Positions 41,001 through 56,000 of a DNA stretch of 64,000 bases are shown here, one piece after another (the stretch's first letter is position 1; every line of letters begins with the position of its first letter). The DNA lies in the NCBI RefSeq assembly GCF_009914755.1, contig NC_060946.1; one strand, written 5' to 3'. A program made the position numbers and the translations under genes. The notes under the pieces are model-generated. The model saw only the letters and a list, made by a program, of their open reading frames with translations, was not told where the DNA came from and made no database searches. Source of the DNA: the human T2T-CHM13v2.0 reference genome, Homo sapiens.

Positions 41001-44000
41001 AGACTGTTTCCAAACTGCTCCATCAAAAGAAAATTTCGCCTACCTGAGATGAATGCACACATCATAAAGAAGTTTCTCAGAATTCTTCTGTCTAGATTTT
41101 ATGTGAAGATATTTCCATTTTCACCTTAGGCCACAAAGCGCTCCAAACATCCCTTTGCAGATGATACGAAAAGACTGTTTCCAAACTGCTCAATCAAAAG
41201 AAATTTTCAACTCTGTGAGATGAAAGCACTCATCACAAAAAAGTTTCTCAGAAATCTTCTGTCTAGTTTTTATCTCAAGATAATTCCTATTTTGCCATAG
41301 GAATCAAGGGGCTCACAAATATCCCTTTGCAGATTCTACAAAAGTTCTGTTTACAAACCTCTCAATCAAAAGAAACGTTCAACATTGTGAGATGAATGAA
41401 CACATCACAAAGAAGTTTCTCAGAATGCTTCTGTCTGGTTACTCTGTGAAGATATTTCTTTTTTCACCACAGTCTTTAAGCCACTCAAAAATATCTGTCT
41501 GCAGACACTACAAAAAGACTGTTTCCAAACTGGCCCATATAGCATGTTTCAACTATGTGAAATGAATGCACTCATCAAAGAGAAGTTTCTCCGAATTCTT
41601 CTGTCTAGTTTTTATGTGAAGATATTTCCTTCTTCACCGTAGGCTGCAAATTGTTCCAGATATCCATTTGCGGATTCTACAAAAAGAATGTTTCCAAACT
41701 GGTCAATCAACAGAAAGGCTCAACTCTGTGAGACGAAAGCACACATCACAAAGAAGTTTCTCAGAAAGCTTCTGTCTACATTTTATGTGAAGGTATTTCC
41801 TTTGGCACCCGTAGGCCTTAAACCACTAACAAACATAACTCTGCTTATACTACCAAGAGACTTTCTCCAAATTGCTAAATCAAAAGAAACGTTCAACTCT
41901 GTGAGATGAATACACACATCAAAAAGAAGTTTCTCAAAATGCTTCTGTCTAGTTTTCATGTGAAGATATTTATTTTTCACCATTGGCCCCAAACGGCTCA
42001 GAAATATCCCTTTGCAGTTTGTAGGAAAAGACTGTTTCCAAACTGCTCAATGAAAAGAAATGGTCAACTATTAGCGATGAATGGAAATGTCACAAAGAGT
42101 TTTCTCAAAAAGCTACTGCGTCGTTTTTATGTGAAGACGTTTCCTTTTTCACTCTAGGCCTTAAAACTCTCTAAATATACATTCACAGATTCTACAAAAA
42201 GACTGATTCCAAACTGCTCAATCAGAAGAAAGGTTCAGTTCCGTGTGACAAACGTGCACATCACAAAGAAATTTGTCAGAAAGCTTCTGTCTACTTTTTA
42301 TGTGAAGATATTTCATATTTCAACAAAGGCCATAAAGGGCTCACAGATATCCCTTTGCAGATTCTAAGAAAAGACATTTTCCAAGCTCCTCAATCAAAAG
42401 AAAGGTTTCACTCTGTGCGATGAATGGACACATCACAAAGAAGTTTCTCAGAAAGCTTCTGTCTAGTTTTTATGTGAGGCTATTTCTTGTTCACCATAGG
42501 CCTCAAGCAGCTAAGAAATTTCCCTCTGCAGCTTCTACAAAAGACTGTTTCCAAACTGCTCAACTGAAAGAAAGGTTGAATTCTGTGACATGAATTCACA
42601 CATCACAAAGAGGTTTTTCAGAAATCTTCTGTCTAGTTTTTATGTGAAGATACTTCCTTTTTCACCACGGGCCTCAAATATCTCCAAATATCCATTTACA
42701 GATTCTACAGAAAGACTTCCCAAACTGCTCAATCAAAAGAAAGGTTCAACACAGTGAGATGAAGGCACACATCACAAAGAAGTTTCTCAGAAATCTCCTG
42801 TCTAGTTTTTATGTGAAGATATTTCGTATTCCACCACAGGCCTTAAGGGGCTCACAAATATCCCTTTGCAGGTTCCACAAAAAGACTGTTGCCAAACTGC
42901 TCAATCAAAAGAAAGGTTCAACTCTGTGACGTGAATGGACACATCACAAACAATTTCTTGGAATGATTCCGTCTAGTTTTTATGGGAAGATGTTTCTCTT
43001 TCACCATTAGCCTCAAACGGATCAGAATTCTCCCTTTGCAGATTGTACAATAAGCCTCTTTCCAATCTGCTCAATCAAAAGAAAGTTTCAACTCTGTGAG
43101 GTGAATGCACACATCACAAGGGAGTTTCTCAGAAAGCTTCTGTTTAGTTTTTACGTGAAGATGTTTCGTTTTTCAACATGGGCCTCAAAAGCTCTCCAAT
43201 TATCCATTTGCAGATTCTAGAAAAAGAGGGTTTCCAAACTCCTCAATCAAAAGAAAGTTTCAATTCTGTGAGATGAAAGCACACATCACAACGAAGTTTC
43301 TTAGAAAGCTTCTGTCTAGTTTTTATGTGAAGATACTTCACATTGCAGCATAGTACTCGATGGGCTCAGAAATATCCCTTGGCAGATTCTACAAAAGGAC
43401 TGTTTCAAAACTGCTGAATCCAAAGAAAGTTTCAACTATGTGAGATGAATACACACATCACAAGGAAGTTCCTCAGAATGCTTCTGTCTAGTTTATATGT
43501 GAAGAAGATTCCTATTTCACCATAGGCAATAAAGGGCTCACAAATATTTTTTGCAGATTCTACAAAAAGACTGTATCCAAACTGCTCAATAAAAAGAAAG
43601 TTTCAACTCTGTTAGATTAATGGACACATCGAAAAGTAGTTTCTCAGAAAACTTCTGTGTAGTTTTTATGTGAAGATATTTCCTTTGTCACCATTGGTCT
43701 CAAAGCACTCCTAATATCCATTTACAGATTTCACAAAAAGAGTGTTTCCAAACAGCGCAATCAAAAGAAAGTGTTTAACTCTGTGAGGTGAAAGCACACA
43801 TCTCAAAGAAGTTTCTCCGAAAGCTTCGGTCTACTTTTCCTGTGAAGATATTTCCAGTTTCACTGTAGGCCTCAAAGGGCTAAGAAATATCCCTTTCCAG
43901 ATTCTAAAAGACGACCGTTTCCATACTTGTCAATCAAAAGAAAGGTTAAATTCTCTGAGGTTAATGCGCACATCAGAATGAAGTTTCTCAGAATTCTCCT

Positions 44001-47000
44001 GTCTAGTTTCTGTGTGAAGATATTTACTATTTCACTATAGGCTTCAAAGGTCCCAAAAATATCCCTTTGCAGATTCTACAAAAATATGGTTTCCACAGTG
44101 CTGAATTGAAAGAAACCTTCAACTCTGTCAGATGAATGGAGACATCACAAAGAAGTTCCCCGGAATGCTTCTGTCTAGTTTAAATGTGAAGATAATCCTT
44201 TTTCACCACAGACCTCAAATGGCTCAGAAATATACCTTTGCAGATTGCAGAAAGAGACTGTCTCTAAACTGCTCAAATAAAATAAAGTTTCAACACTGTG
44301 AGATGAATGCACACATCACAAAGAAGTTTCTCAGAAAGCTTCTGTCTAGTTTTTATGTGAAGATATTTCCTTTTTCACCATAGTCCTTACACTGCTCACA
44401 AATATCCTTCTGCAGATACTAGAAAAAGACTGTTTCCAAACTGCTCCATCAAAAGAAAATTTCGCCTACCTGAGATGAATGCACACATCATAAAGAAGTT
44501 TCTCAGAATTCTTCTGTCTAGATTTTATGTGAAGATATTTCCATTTTCACCTTAGGCCACAAAGCGCTCCAAACATCCCTTTGCAGATGATACGAAAAGA
44601 CTGTTTCCAAACTGCTCAATCAAAAGAAATTTTCAACTCTGTGAGATGAAAGCACTCATCACAAAAAAGTTTCTCAGAAATCTTCTGTCTAGTTTTTATC
44701 TCAAGATAATTCCTATTTTGCCATAGGAATCAAGGGGCTCACAAATATCCCTTTGCAGATTCTACAAAAGTTCTGTTTACAAACCTCTCAATCAAAAGAA
44801 ACGTTCAACATTGTGAGATGAATGAACACATCACAAAGAAGTTTCTCAGAATGCTTCTGTCTGGTTACTCTGTGAAGATATTTCTTTTTTCACCACAGTC
44901 TTTAAGCCACTCAAAAATATCTGTCTGCAGACACTACAAAAAGACTGTTTCCAAACTGGCCCATATAGCATGTTTCAACTATGTGAAATGAATGCACTCA
45001 TCAAAGAGAAGTTTCTCCGAATTCTTCTGTCTAGTTTTTATGTGAAGATATTTCCTTCTTCACCGTAGGCCGCAAATTGTTCCAGATATCCATTTGCGGA
45101 TTCTACAAAAAGAATGTTTCCAAACTGGTCAATCAACAGAAAGGCTCAACTCTGTGAGACGAAAGCACACATCACAAAGAAGTTTCTCAGAAAGCTTCTG
45201 TCTACATTTTATGTGAAGGTATTTCCTTTGGCACCGTAGGCCTTAAACCACTCACAAACATAACTCTGCTTATACTACCAAGAGACTTTCTCCAAATTGC
45301 TAAATCAAAAGAAACGTTCAACTCTGTGAGATGAATACACACATCAAAAAGAAGTTTCTCAAAATGCTTCTGTCTAGTTTTCATGTGAAGATATTTATTT
45401 TTCACCATTGGCCCCAAACGGCTCAGAAATATCCCTTTGCAGTTTGTAGGAAAAGACTGTTTCCAAACTGCTCAATGAAAAGAAATGGTCAACTATTAGC
45501 GATGAATGGAAATGTCACAAAGAGTTTTCTCAAAAAGCTACTGCGTCGTTTTTATGTGAAGACGTTTCCTTTTTCACTCTAGGCCTTAAAACTCTCTAAA
45601 TATACATTCACAGATTCTACAAAAAGACTGATTCCAAACTGCTCAATCAGAAGAAAGGTTCAGTTCCGTGTGACAAACGTGCACATCACAAAGAAATTTG
45701 TCAGAAAGCTTCTGTCTACTTTTTATGTGAAGATATTTCATATTTCAACAAAGGCCATAAAGGGCTCACAGATATCCCTTTGCAGATTCTAAGAAAAGAC
45801 ATTTTCCAAGCTCCTCAATCAAAAGAAAGGTTTCACTCTGTGCGATGAATGGACACATCACAAAGAAGTTTCTCAGAAAGCTTCTGTCTAGTTTTTATGT
45901 GAGGCTATTTCTTGTTCACCATAGGCCTCAAGCAGCTAAGAAATTTCCCTCTGCAGCTTCTACAAAAGACTGGTTCCAAACTGCTCAACTGAAAGAAAGG
46001 TTGAATTCTGTGACATGAATTCACACATCACAAAGAGGTTTTTCAGAAATCTTCTGTCTAGATTTTATGTGAAGATACTTCCTTTTTCACCACGGGCCTC
46101 AAATATCTCCAAATATCCATTTGCAGATTCTACAGAAAGACTTCCCAAACTGCTCAATCAAAAGAAAGGTTCAACACAGTGAGATGAAGGCACACATCAC
46201 AAAGAAGTTTCTCAGAAATCTCCTGTCTAGTTTTTATGTGAAGATATTTCGTATTCCACCACAGGCCATAAGGGGCTCACAAATATCCCTTTGCAGGTTC
46301 CACAAAAAGACTGTTGCCAAACTGCTCAATCAAAAGAAAGGTTCAACTCTGTGACGTGAATGGACACATCAGAAACAATTTCTTGGAATGATTCCGTCTA
46401 GTTTTTATGGGAAGATGTTTCTCTTTCACCATTAGCCTCAAACGGATCAGAATTCTCCCTTTGCAGATTGTACAATAAGCCTCTTTCCAATCTGCTCAAT
46501 CAAAAGAAAGTTTCAACTCTGTGAGGTGAATGCACACATCACAAGGGAGTTTCTCAGAAAGCTTCTGTTTAGTTTTTACGTGAAGATGTTTCGTTTTTCA
46601 ACATGGGCCTCAAAAGCTCTCCAATTATCCATTTGCAGATTCTAGAAAAAGAGGGTTTCCAAACTCCTCAATCAAAAGAAAGTTTCAATTCTGTGAGATG
46701 AAAGCACACATCACAACGAAGTTTCTTAGAAAGCTTCTGTCTAGTTTTTATGTGAAGATACTTCACATTGCAGCATAGTACTCAATGGGCTCAGAAATAT
46801 CCCTTGGCAGATTCTACAAAAGGACTGTTTCAAAACTGCTCAATCCAAAGAAAGTTTCAACTATGTGAGATGAATGCACACATCACAAGGAAGTTCCTCA
46901 GAATGCTTCTGTCTAGTTTATATGTGAAGAAGATTCCTATTTCACCATAGGCAATAAAGGGCTCACAAATATTTTTTGCAGATTCTACAAAAAGACTGTA

Positions 47001-50000
47001 TCCAAACTGCTCAATAAAAAGAAAGTTTCAACTCTGTTAGATTAATGGACACATCGAAAAGTAGTTTCTCAGAAAACTTCTGTGTAGTTTTTATGTGAAG
47101 ATATTTCCTTTGTCACCATTGGTCTCAAAGCACTCCTAATATCCATTTACAGATTTCACAAAAAGAGTGTTTCCAAACAGCTCAATCAAAAGAAAGTGTT
47201 TAACTCTGTGAGGTGAAAGCACACATCTCAAAGAAGTTTCTCCGAAAGCTTCGGTCTACTTTTCCTGTGAAGATATTTCCAGTTTCACCGTAGGCCTCAA
47301 AGGGCTAAGAAATATCCCTTTCCAGATTCTAAAAGACGACCGTTTCCATACTTGTCAATCAAAAGAAAGGTTAAATTCTCTGAGGTTAATGCGCACATCA
47401 GAATGAAGTTTCTCAGAATTCTCCTGTCTAGTTTCTGTGTGAAGATATTTACTATTTCACTATAGGCTTCAAAGGTCCCAAAAATATCCCTTTGCAGATT
47501 CTACAAAAATATGGTTTCCACAGTGCTGAATTGAAAGAAACCTTCAACTCTGTCAGATGAATGGAGACATCACAAAGAAGTTCCCCGGAATGCTTCTGTC
47601 TAGTTTAAATGTGAAGATAATCCTTTTTCACCACAGACCTCAAATGGCTCAGAAATATACCTTTGCAGATTGCAGAAAGAGACTGTCTCTAAACTGCTCA
47701 AATAAAATAAAGTTTCAACACTGTGAGATGAATGCACACATCACAAAGAAGTTTCTCAGAAAGCTTCTGTCTAGTTTTTATGTGAAGATATTTCCTTTTT
47801 CACCATAGTCCTTACACCGCTCACAAATATCCTTCTGCAGATACTAGAAAAAGACTGTTTCCAAACTGCTCCATCAAAAGAAAATTTCGCCTACCTGAGA
47901 TGAATGCACACATCATAAAGAAGTTTCTCAGAATTCTTCTGTCTAGATTTTATGTGAAGATATTTCCATTTTCACCTTAGGCCACAAAGCGCTCCAAACA
48001 TCCCTTTGCAGATGATACGAAAAGACTGTTTCCAAACTGCTCAATCAAAAGAAATTTTCAACTCTGTGAGATGAAAGCACTCATCACAAAAAAGTTTCTC
48101 AGAAATCTTCTGTCTAGTTTTTATCTCAAGATAATTCCTATTTTGCCATAGGAATCAAGGGGCTCACAAATATCCCTTTGCAGATTCTACAAAAGTTCTG
48201 TTTACAAACCTCTCAATCAAAAGAAACGTTCAACATTGTGAGATGAATGAACACATCACAAAGAAGTTTCTCAGAATGCTTCTGTCTGGTTACTCTGTGA
48301 AGATATTTCTTTTTTCACCACAGTCTTTAAGCCACTCAAAAATATCTGTCTGCAGACACTACAAAAAGACTGTTTCCAAACTGGCCCATATAGCATGTTT
48401 CAACTATGTGAAATGAATGCACTCATCAAAGAGAAGTTTCTCCGAATTCTTCTGTCTAGTTTTTATGTGAAGATATTTCCTTCTTCACCGTAGGCCGCAA
48501 ATTGTTCCAGATATCCATTTGCGGATTCTACAAAAAGAATGTTTCCAAACTGGTCAATCAACAGAAAGGCTCAACTCTGTGAGACGAAAGCACACATCAC
48601 AAAGAAGTTTCTCAGAAAGCTTCTGTCTACATTTTATGTGAAGGTATTTCCTTTGGCACCGTAGGCCTTAAACCACTCACAAACATAACTCTGCTTATAC
48701 TACCAAGAGACTTTCTCCAAATTGCTAAATCAAAAGAAACGTTCAACTCTGTGAGATGAATACACACATCAAAAAGAAGTTTCTCAAAATGCTTCTGTCT
48801 AGTTTTCATGTGAAGATATTTATTTTTCACCATTGGCCCCAAACGGCTCAGAAATATCCCTTTGCAGTTTGTAGGAAAAGACTGTTTCCAAACTGCTCAA
48901 TGAAAAGAAATGGTCAACTATTAGCGATGAATGGAAATGTCACAAAGAGTTTTCTCAAAAAGCTACTGCGTCGTTTTTATGTGAAGACGTTTCCTTTTTC
49001 ACTCTAGGCCTTAAAACTCTCTAAATATACATTCACAGATTCTACAAAAAGACTGATTCCAAACTGCTCAATCAGAAGAAAGGTTCAGTTCCGTGTGACA
49101 AACGTGCACATCACAAAGAAATTTGTCAGAAAGCTTCTGTCTACTTTTTATGTGAAGATATTTCATATTTCAACAAAGGCCATAAAGGGCTCACAGATAT
49201 CCCTTTGCAGATTCTAAGAAAAGACATTTTCCAAGCTCCTCAATCAAAAGAAAGGTTTCACTCTGTGCGATGAATGGACACATCACAAAGAAGTTTCTCA
49301 GAAAGCTTCTGTCTAGTTTTTATGTGAGGCTATTTCTTGTTCACCATAGGCCTCAAGCAGCTAAGAAATTTCCCTCTGCAGCTTCTACAAAAGACTGTTT
49401 CCAAACTGCTCAACTGAAAGAAAGGTTGAATTCTGTGACATGAATTCACACATCACAAAGAGGTTTTTCAGAAATCTTCTGTCTAGATTTTATGTGAAGA
49501 TACTTCCTTTTTCACCACGGGCCTCAAATATCTCCAAATATCCATTTGCAGATTCTACAGAAAGACTTCCCAAACTGCTCAATCAAAAGAAAGGTTCAAC
49601 ACAGTGAGATGAAGGCACACATCACAAAGAAGTTTCTCAGAAATCTCCTGTCTAGTTTTTATGTGAAGATATTTCGTATTCCACCACAGGCCATAAGGGG
49701 CTCACAAATATCCCTTTGCAGGTTCCACAAAAAGACTGTTGCCAAACTGCTCAATCAAAAGAAAGGTTCAACTCTGTGACGTGAATGGACACATCACAAA
49801 CAATTTCTTGGAATGATTCCGTCTAGTTTTTATGGGAAGATGTTTCTCTTTCACCATTAGCCTCAAACGGATCAGAATTCTCCCTTTGCAGATTGTACAA
49901 TAAGCCTCTTTCCAATCTGCTCAATCAAAAGAAAGTTTCAACTCTGTGAGGTGAATGCACACATCACAAGGGAGTTTCTCAGAAAGCTTCTGTTTAGTTT

Positions 50001-53000
50001 TTACGTGAAGATGTTTCGTTTTTCAACATGGGCCTCAAAAGCTCTCCAATTATCCATTTGCAGATTCTAGAAAAAGAGGGTTTCCAAACTCCTCAATCAA
50101 AAGAAAGTTTCAATTCTGTGAGATGAAAGCACACATCACAACGAAGTTTCTTAGAAAGCTTCTGTCTAGTTTTTATGTGAAGATACTTCACATTGCAGCA
50201 TAGTACTCAATGGGCTCAGAAATATCCCTTGGCAGATTCTACAAAAGGACTGTTTCAAAACTGCTCAATCCAAAGAAAGTTTCAACTATGTGAGATGAAT
50301 GCACACATCACAAGGAAGTTCCTCAGAATGCTTCTGTCTAGTTTATATGTGAAGAAGATTCCTATTTCACCATAGGCAATAAAGGGCTCACAAATATTTT
50401 TTGCAGATTCTACAAAAAGACTGTATCCAAACTGCTCAATAAAAAGAAAGTTTCAACTCTGTTAGATTAATGGACACATCGAAAAGTAGTTTCTCAGAAA
50501 ACTTCTGTGTAGTTTTTATGTGAAGATATTTCCTTTGTCACCATTGGCCTCAAAGCACTCCTAATATCCATTTACAGATTTCACAAAAAGAGTGTTTCCA
50601 AACAGCTCAATCAAAAGAAAGTGTTTAACTCTGTGAGGTGAAAGCACACATCTCAAAGAAGTTTCTCCGAAAGCTTCGGTCTACTTTTCCTGTGAAGATA
50701 TTTCCAGTTTCACCGTAGGCCTCAAAGGGCTAAGAAATATCCCTTTCCAGATTCTAAAAGACGACCGTTTCCATACTTGTCAATCAAAAGAAAGGTTAAA
50801 TTCTCTGAGGTTAATGCGCACATCAGAATGAAGTTTCTCAGAATTCTCCTGTCTAGTTTCTGTGTGAAGATATTTACTATTTCACTATAGGCTTCAAAGG
50901 TCCCAAAAATATCCCTTTGCAGATTCTACAAAAATATGGTTTCCACAGTGCTGAATTGAAAGAAACCTTCAACTCTGTCAGATGAATGGAGACATCACAA
51001 AGAAGTTCCCCGGAATGCTTCTGTCTAGTTTAAATGTGAAGATAATCCTTTTTCACCACAGACCTCAAATGGCTCAGAAATATACCTTTGCAGATTGCAG
51101 AAAGAGACTGTCTCTAAACTGCTCAAATAAAATAAAGTTTCAACACTGTGAGATGAATGCACACATCACAAAGAAGTTTCTCAGAAAGCTTCTGTCTAGT
51201 TTTTATGTGAAGATATTTCCTTTTTCACCATAGTCCTTACACCGCTCACAAATATCCTTCTGCAGATACTAGAAAAAGACTGTTTCCAAACTGCTCCATC
51301 AAAAGAAAATTTCGCCTACCTGAGATGAATGCACACATCATAAAGAAGTTTCTCAGAATTCTTCTGTCTAGATTTTATGTGAAGATATTTCCATTTTCAC
51401 CTTAGGCCACAAAGCGCTCCAAACATCCCTTTGCAGATGATACGAAAAGACTGTTTCCAAACTGCTCAATCAAAAGAAATTTTCAACTCTGTGAGATGAA
51501 AGCACTCATCACAAAAAAGTTTCTCAGAAATCTTCTGTCTAGTTTTTATCTCAAGATAATTCCTATTTTGCCATAGGAATCAAGGGGCTCACAAATATCC
51601 CTTTGCAGATTCTACAAAAGTTCTGTTTACAAACCTCTCAATCAAAAGAAACGTTCAACATTGTGAGATGAATGAACACATCACAAAGAAGTTTCTCAGA
51701 ATGCTTCTGTCTGGTTACTCTGTGAAGATATTTCTTTTTTCACCACAGTCTTTAAGCCACTCAAAAATATCTGTCTGCAGACACTACAAAAAGACTGTTT
51801 CCAAACTGGCCCATATAGCATGTTTCAACTATGTGAAATGAATGCACTCATCAAAGAGAAGTTTCTCCGAATTCTTCTGTCTAGTTTTTATGTGAAGATA
51901 TTTCCTTCTTCACCGTAGGCCGCAAATTGTTCCAGATATCCATTTGCGGATTCTACAAAAAGAATGTTTCCAAACTGGTCAATCAACAGAAAGGCTCAAC
52001 TCTGTGAGACGAAAGCACACATCACAAAGAAGTTTCTCAGAAAGCTTCTGTCTACATTTTATGTGAAGGTATTTCCTTTGGCACCGTAGGCCTTAAACCA
52101 CTCACAAACATAACTCTGCTTATACTACCAAGAGACTTTCTCCAAATTGCTAAATCAAAAGAAACGTTCAACTCTGTGAGATGAATACACACATCAAAAA
52201 GAAGTTTCTCAAAATGCTTCTGTCTAGTTTTCATGTGAAGATATTTATTTTTCACCATTGGCCCCAAACGGCTCAGAAATATCCCTTTGCAGTTTGTAGG
52301 AAAAGACTGTTTCCAAACTGCTCAATGAAAAGAAATGGTCAACTATTAGCGATGAATGGAAATGTCACAAAGAGTTTTCTCAAAAAGCTACTGCGTCGTT
52401 TTTATGTGAAGACGTTTCCTTTTTCACTCTAGGCCTTAAAACTCTCTAAATATACATTCACAGATTCTACAAAAAGACTGATTCCAAACTGCTCAATCAG
52501 AAGAAAGGTTCAGTTCCGTGTGACAAACGTGCACATCACAAAGAAATTTGTCAGAAAGCTTCTGTCTACTTTTTATGTGAAGATATTTCATATTTCAACA
52601 AAGGCCATAAAGGGCTCACAGATATCCCTTTGCAGATTCTAAGAAAAGACATTTTCCAAGCTCCTCAATCAAAAGAAAGGTTTCACTCTGTGCGATGAAT
52701 GGACACATCACAAAGAAGTTTCTCAGAAAGCTTCTGTCTAGTTTTTATGTGAGGCTATTTCTTGTTCACCATAGGCCTCAAGCAGCTAAGAAATTTCCCT
52801 CTGCAGCTTCTACAAAAGACTGGTTCCAAACTGCTCAACTGAAAGAAAGGTTGAATTCTGTGACATGAATTCACACATCACAAAGAGGTTTTTCAGAAAT
52901 CTTCTGTCTAGATTTTATGTGAAGATACTTCCTTTTTCACCACGGGCCTCAAATATCTCCAAATATCCATTTGCAGATTCTACAGAAAGACTTCCCAAAC

Positions 53001-56000
53001 TGCTCAATCAAAAGAAAGGTTCAACACAGTGAGATGAAGGCACACATCACAAAGAAGTTTCTCAGAAATCTCCTGTCTAGTTTTTATGTGAAGATATTTC
53101 GTATTCCACCACAGGCCATAAGGGGCTCACAAATATCCCTTTGCAGGTTCCACAAAAAGACTGTTGCCAAACTGCTCAATCAAAAGAAAGGTTCAACTCT
53201 GTGACGTGAATGGACACATCACAAACAATTTCTTGGAATGATTCCGTCTAGTTTTTATGGGAAGATGTTTCTCTTTCACCATTAGCCTCAAACGGATCAG
53301 AATTCTCCCTTTGCAGATTGTACAATAAGCCTCTTTCCAATCTGCTCAATCAAAAGAAAGTTTCAACTCTGTGAGGTGAATGCACACATCACAAGGGAGT
53401 TTCTCAGAAAGCTTCTGTTTAGTTTTTACGTGAAGATGTTTCGTTTTTCAACATGGGCCTCAAAAGCTCTCCAATTATCCATTTGCAGATTCTAGAAAAA
53501 GAGGGTTTCCAAACTCCTCAATCAAAAGAAAGTTTCAATTCTGTGAGATGAAAGCACACATCACAACGAAGTTTCTTAGAAAGCTTCTGTCTAGTTTTTA
53601 TGTGAAGATACTTCACATTGCAGCATAGTACTCAATGGGCTCAGAAATATCCCTTGGCAGATTCTACAAAAGGACTGTTTCAAAACTGCTCAATCCAAAG
53701 AAAGTTTCAACTATGTGAGATGAATGCACACATCACAAGGAAGTTCCTCAGAATGCTTCTGTCTAGTTTATATGTGAAGAAGATTCCTATTTCACCATAG
53801 GCAATAAAGGGCTCACAAATATTTTTTGCAGATTCTACAAAAAGACTGTATCCAAACTGCTCAATAAAAAGAAAGTTTCAACTCTGTTAGATTAATGGAC
53901 ACATCGAAAAGTAGTTTCTCAGAAAACTTCTGTGTAGTTTTTATGTGAAGATATTTCCTTTGTCACCATTGGCCTCAAAGCACTCCTAATATCCATTTAC
54001 AGATTTCACAAAAAGAGTGTTTCCAAACAGCTCAATCAAAAGAAAGTGTTTAACTCTGTGAGGTGAAAGCACACATCTCAAAGAAGTTTCTCCGAAAGCT
54101 TCGGTCTACTTTTCCTGTGAAGATATTTCCAGTTTCACCGTAGGCCTCAAAGGGCTAAGCAATATCCCTTTCCAGATTCTAAAAGACGACCGTTTCCATA
54201 CTTGTCAATCAAAAGAAAGGTTAAATTCTCTGAGGTTAATGCGCACATCAGAATGAAGTTTCTCAGAATTCTCCTGTCTAGTTTCTGTGTGAAGATATTT
54301 ACTATTTCACTATAGGCTTCAAAGGTCCCAAAAATATCCCTTTGCAGATTCTACAAAAATATGGTTTCCACAGTGCTGAATTGAAAGAAACCTTCAACTC
54401 TGTCAGATGAATGGAGACATCACAAAGAAGTTCCCCGGAATGCTTCTGTCTAGTTTAAATGTGAAGATAATCCTTTTTCACCACAGACCTCAAATGGCTC
54501 AGAAATATATCTTTGCAGATTGCAGAAAGAGACTGTCTCTAAACTGCTCAAATAAAATAAAGTTTCAACACTGTGAGATGAATGCACACATCACAAAGAA
54601 GTTTCTCAGAAAGCTTCTGTCTAGTTTTTATGTGAAGATATTTCCTTTTTCACCATAGTCCTTACACCGCTCACAAATATCCTTCTGCAGATACTAGAAA
54701 AAGACTGTTTCCAAACTGCTCCATCAAAAGAAAATTTCGCCTACCTGAGATGAATGCACACATCATAAAGAAGTTTCTCAGAATTCTTCTGTCTAGATTT
54801 TATGTGAAGATATTTCCATTTTCACCTTAGGCCACAAAGCGCTCCAAACATCCCTTTGCAGATGATACGAAAAGACTGTTTCCAAACTGCTCAATCAAAA
54901 GAAATTTTCAACTCTGTGAGATGAAAGCACTCATCACAAAAAAGTTTCTCAGAAATCTTCTGTCTAGTTTTTATCTCAAGATAATTCCTATTTTGCCATA
55001 GGAATCAAGGGGCTCACAAATATCCCTTTGCAGATTCTACAAAAGTTCTGTTTACAAACCTCTCAATCAAAAGAAACGTTCAACATTGTGAGATGAATGA
55101 ACACATCACAAAGAAGTTTCTCAGAATGCTTCTGTCTGGTTACTCTGTGAAGATATTTCTTTTTTCACCACAGTCTTTAAGCCACTCAAAAATATCTGTC
55201 TGCAGACACTACAAAAAGACTGTTTCCAAACTGGCCCATATAGCATGTTTCAACTATGTGAAATGAATGCACTCATCAAAGAGAAGTTTCTCCGAATTCT
55301 TCTGTCTAGTTTTTATGTGAAGATATTTCCTTCTTCACCGTAGGCCGCAAATTGTTCCAGATATCCATTTGCGGATTCTACAAAAAGAATGTTTCCAAAC
55401 TGGTCAATCAACAGAAAGGCTCAACTCTGTGAGACGAAAGCACACATCACAAAGAAGTTTCTCAGAAAGCTTCTGTCTACATTTTATGTGAAGGTATTTC
55501 CTTTGGCACCGTAGGCCTTAAACCACTCACAAACATAACTCTGCTTATACTACCAAGAGACTTTCTCCAAATTGCTAAATCAAAAGAAACGTTCAACTCT
55601 GTGAGATGAATACACACATCAAAAAGAAGTTTCTCAAAATGCTTCTGTCTAGTTTTCATGTGAAGATATTTATTTTTCACCATTGGCCCCAAACGGCTCA
55701 GAAATATCCCTTTGCAGTTTGTAGGAAAAGACTGTTTCCAAACTGCTCAATGAAAAGAAATGGTCAACTATTAGCGATGAATGGAAATGTCACAAAGAGT
55801 TTTCTCAAAAAGCTACTGCGTCGTTTTTATGTGAAGACGTTTCCTTTTTCACTCTAGGCCTTAAAACTCTCTAAATATACATTCACAGATTCTACAAAAA
55901 GACTGATTCCAAACTGCTCAATCAGAAGAAAGGTTCAGTTCCGTGTGACAAACGTGCACATCACAAAGAAATTTGTCAGAAAGCTTCTGTCTACTTTTTA

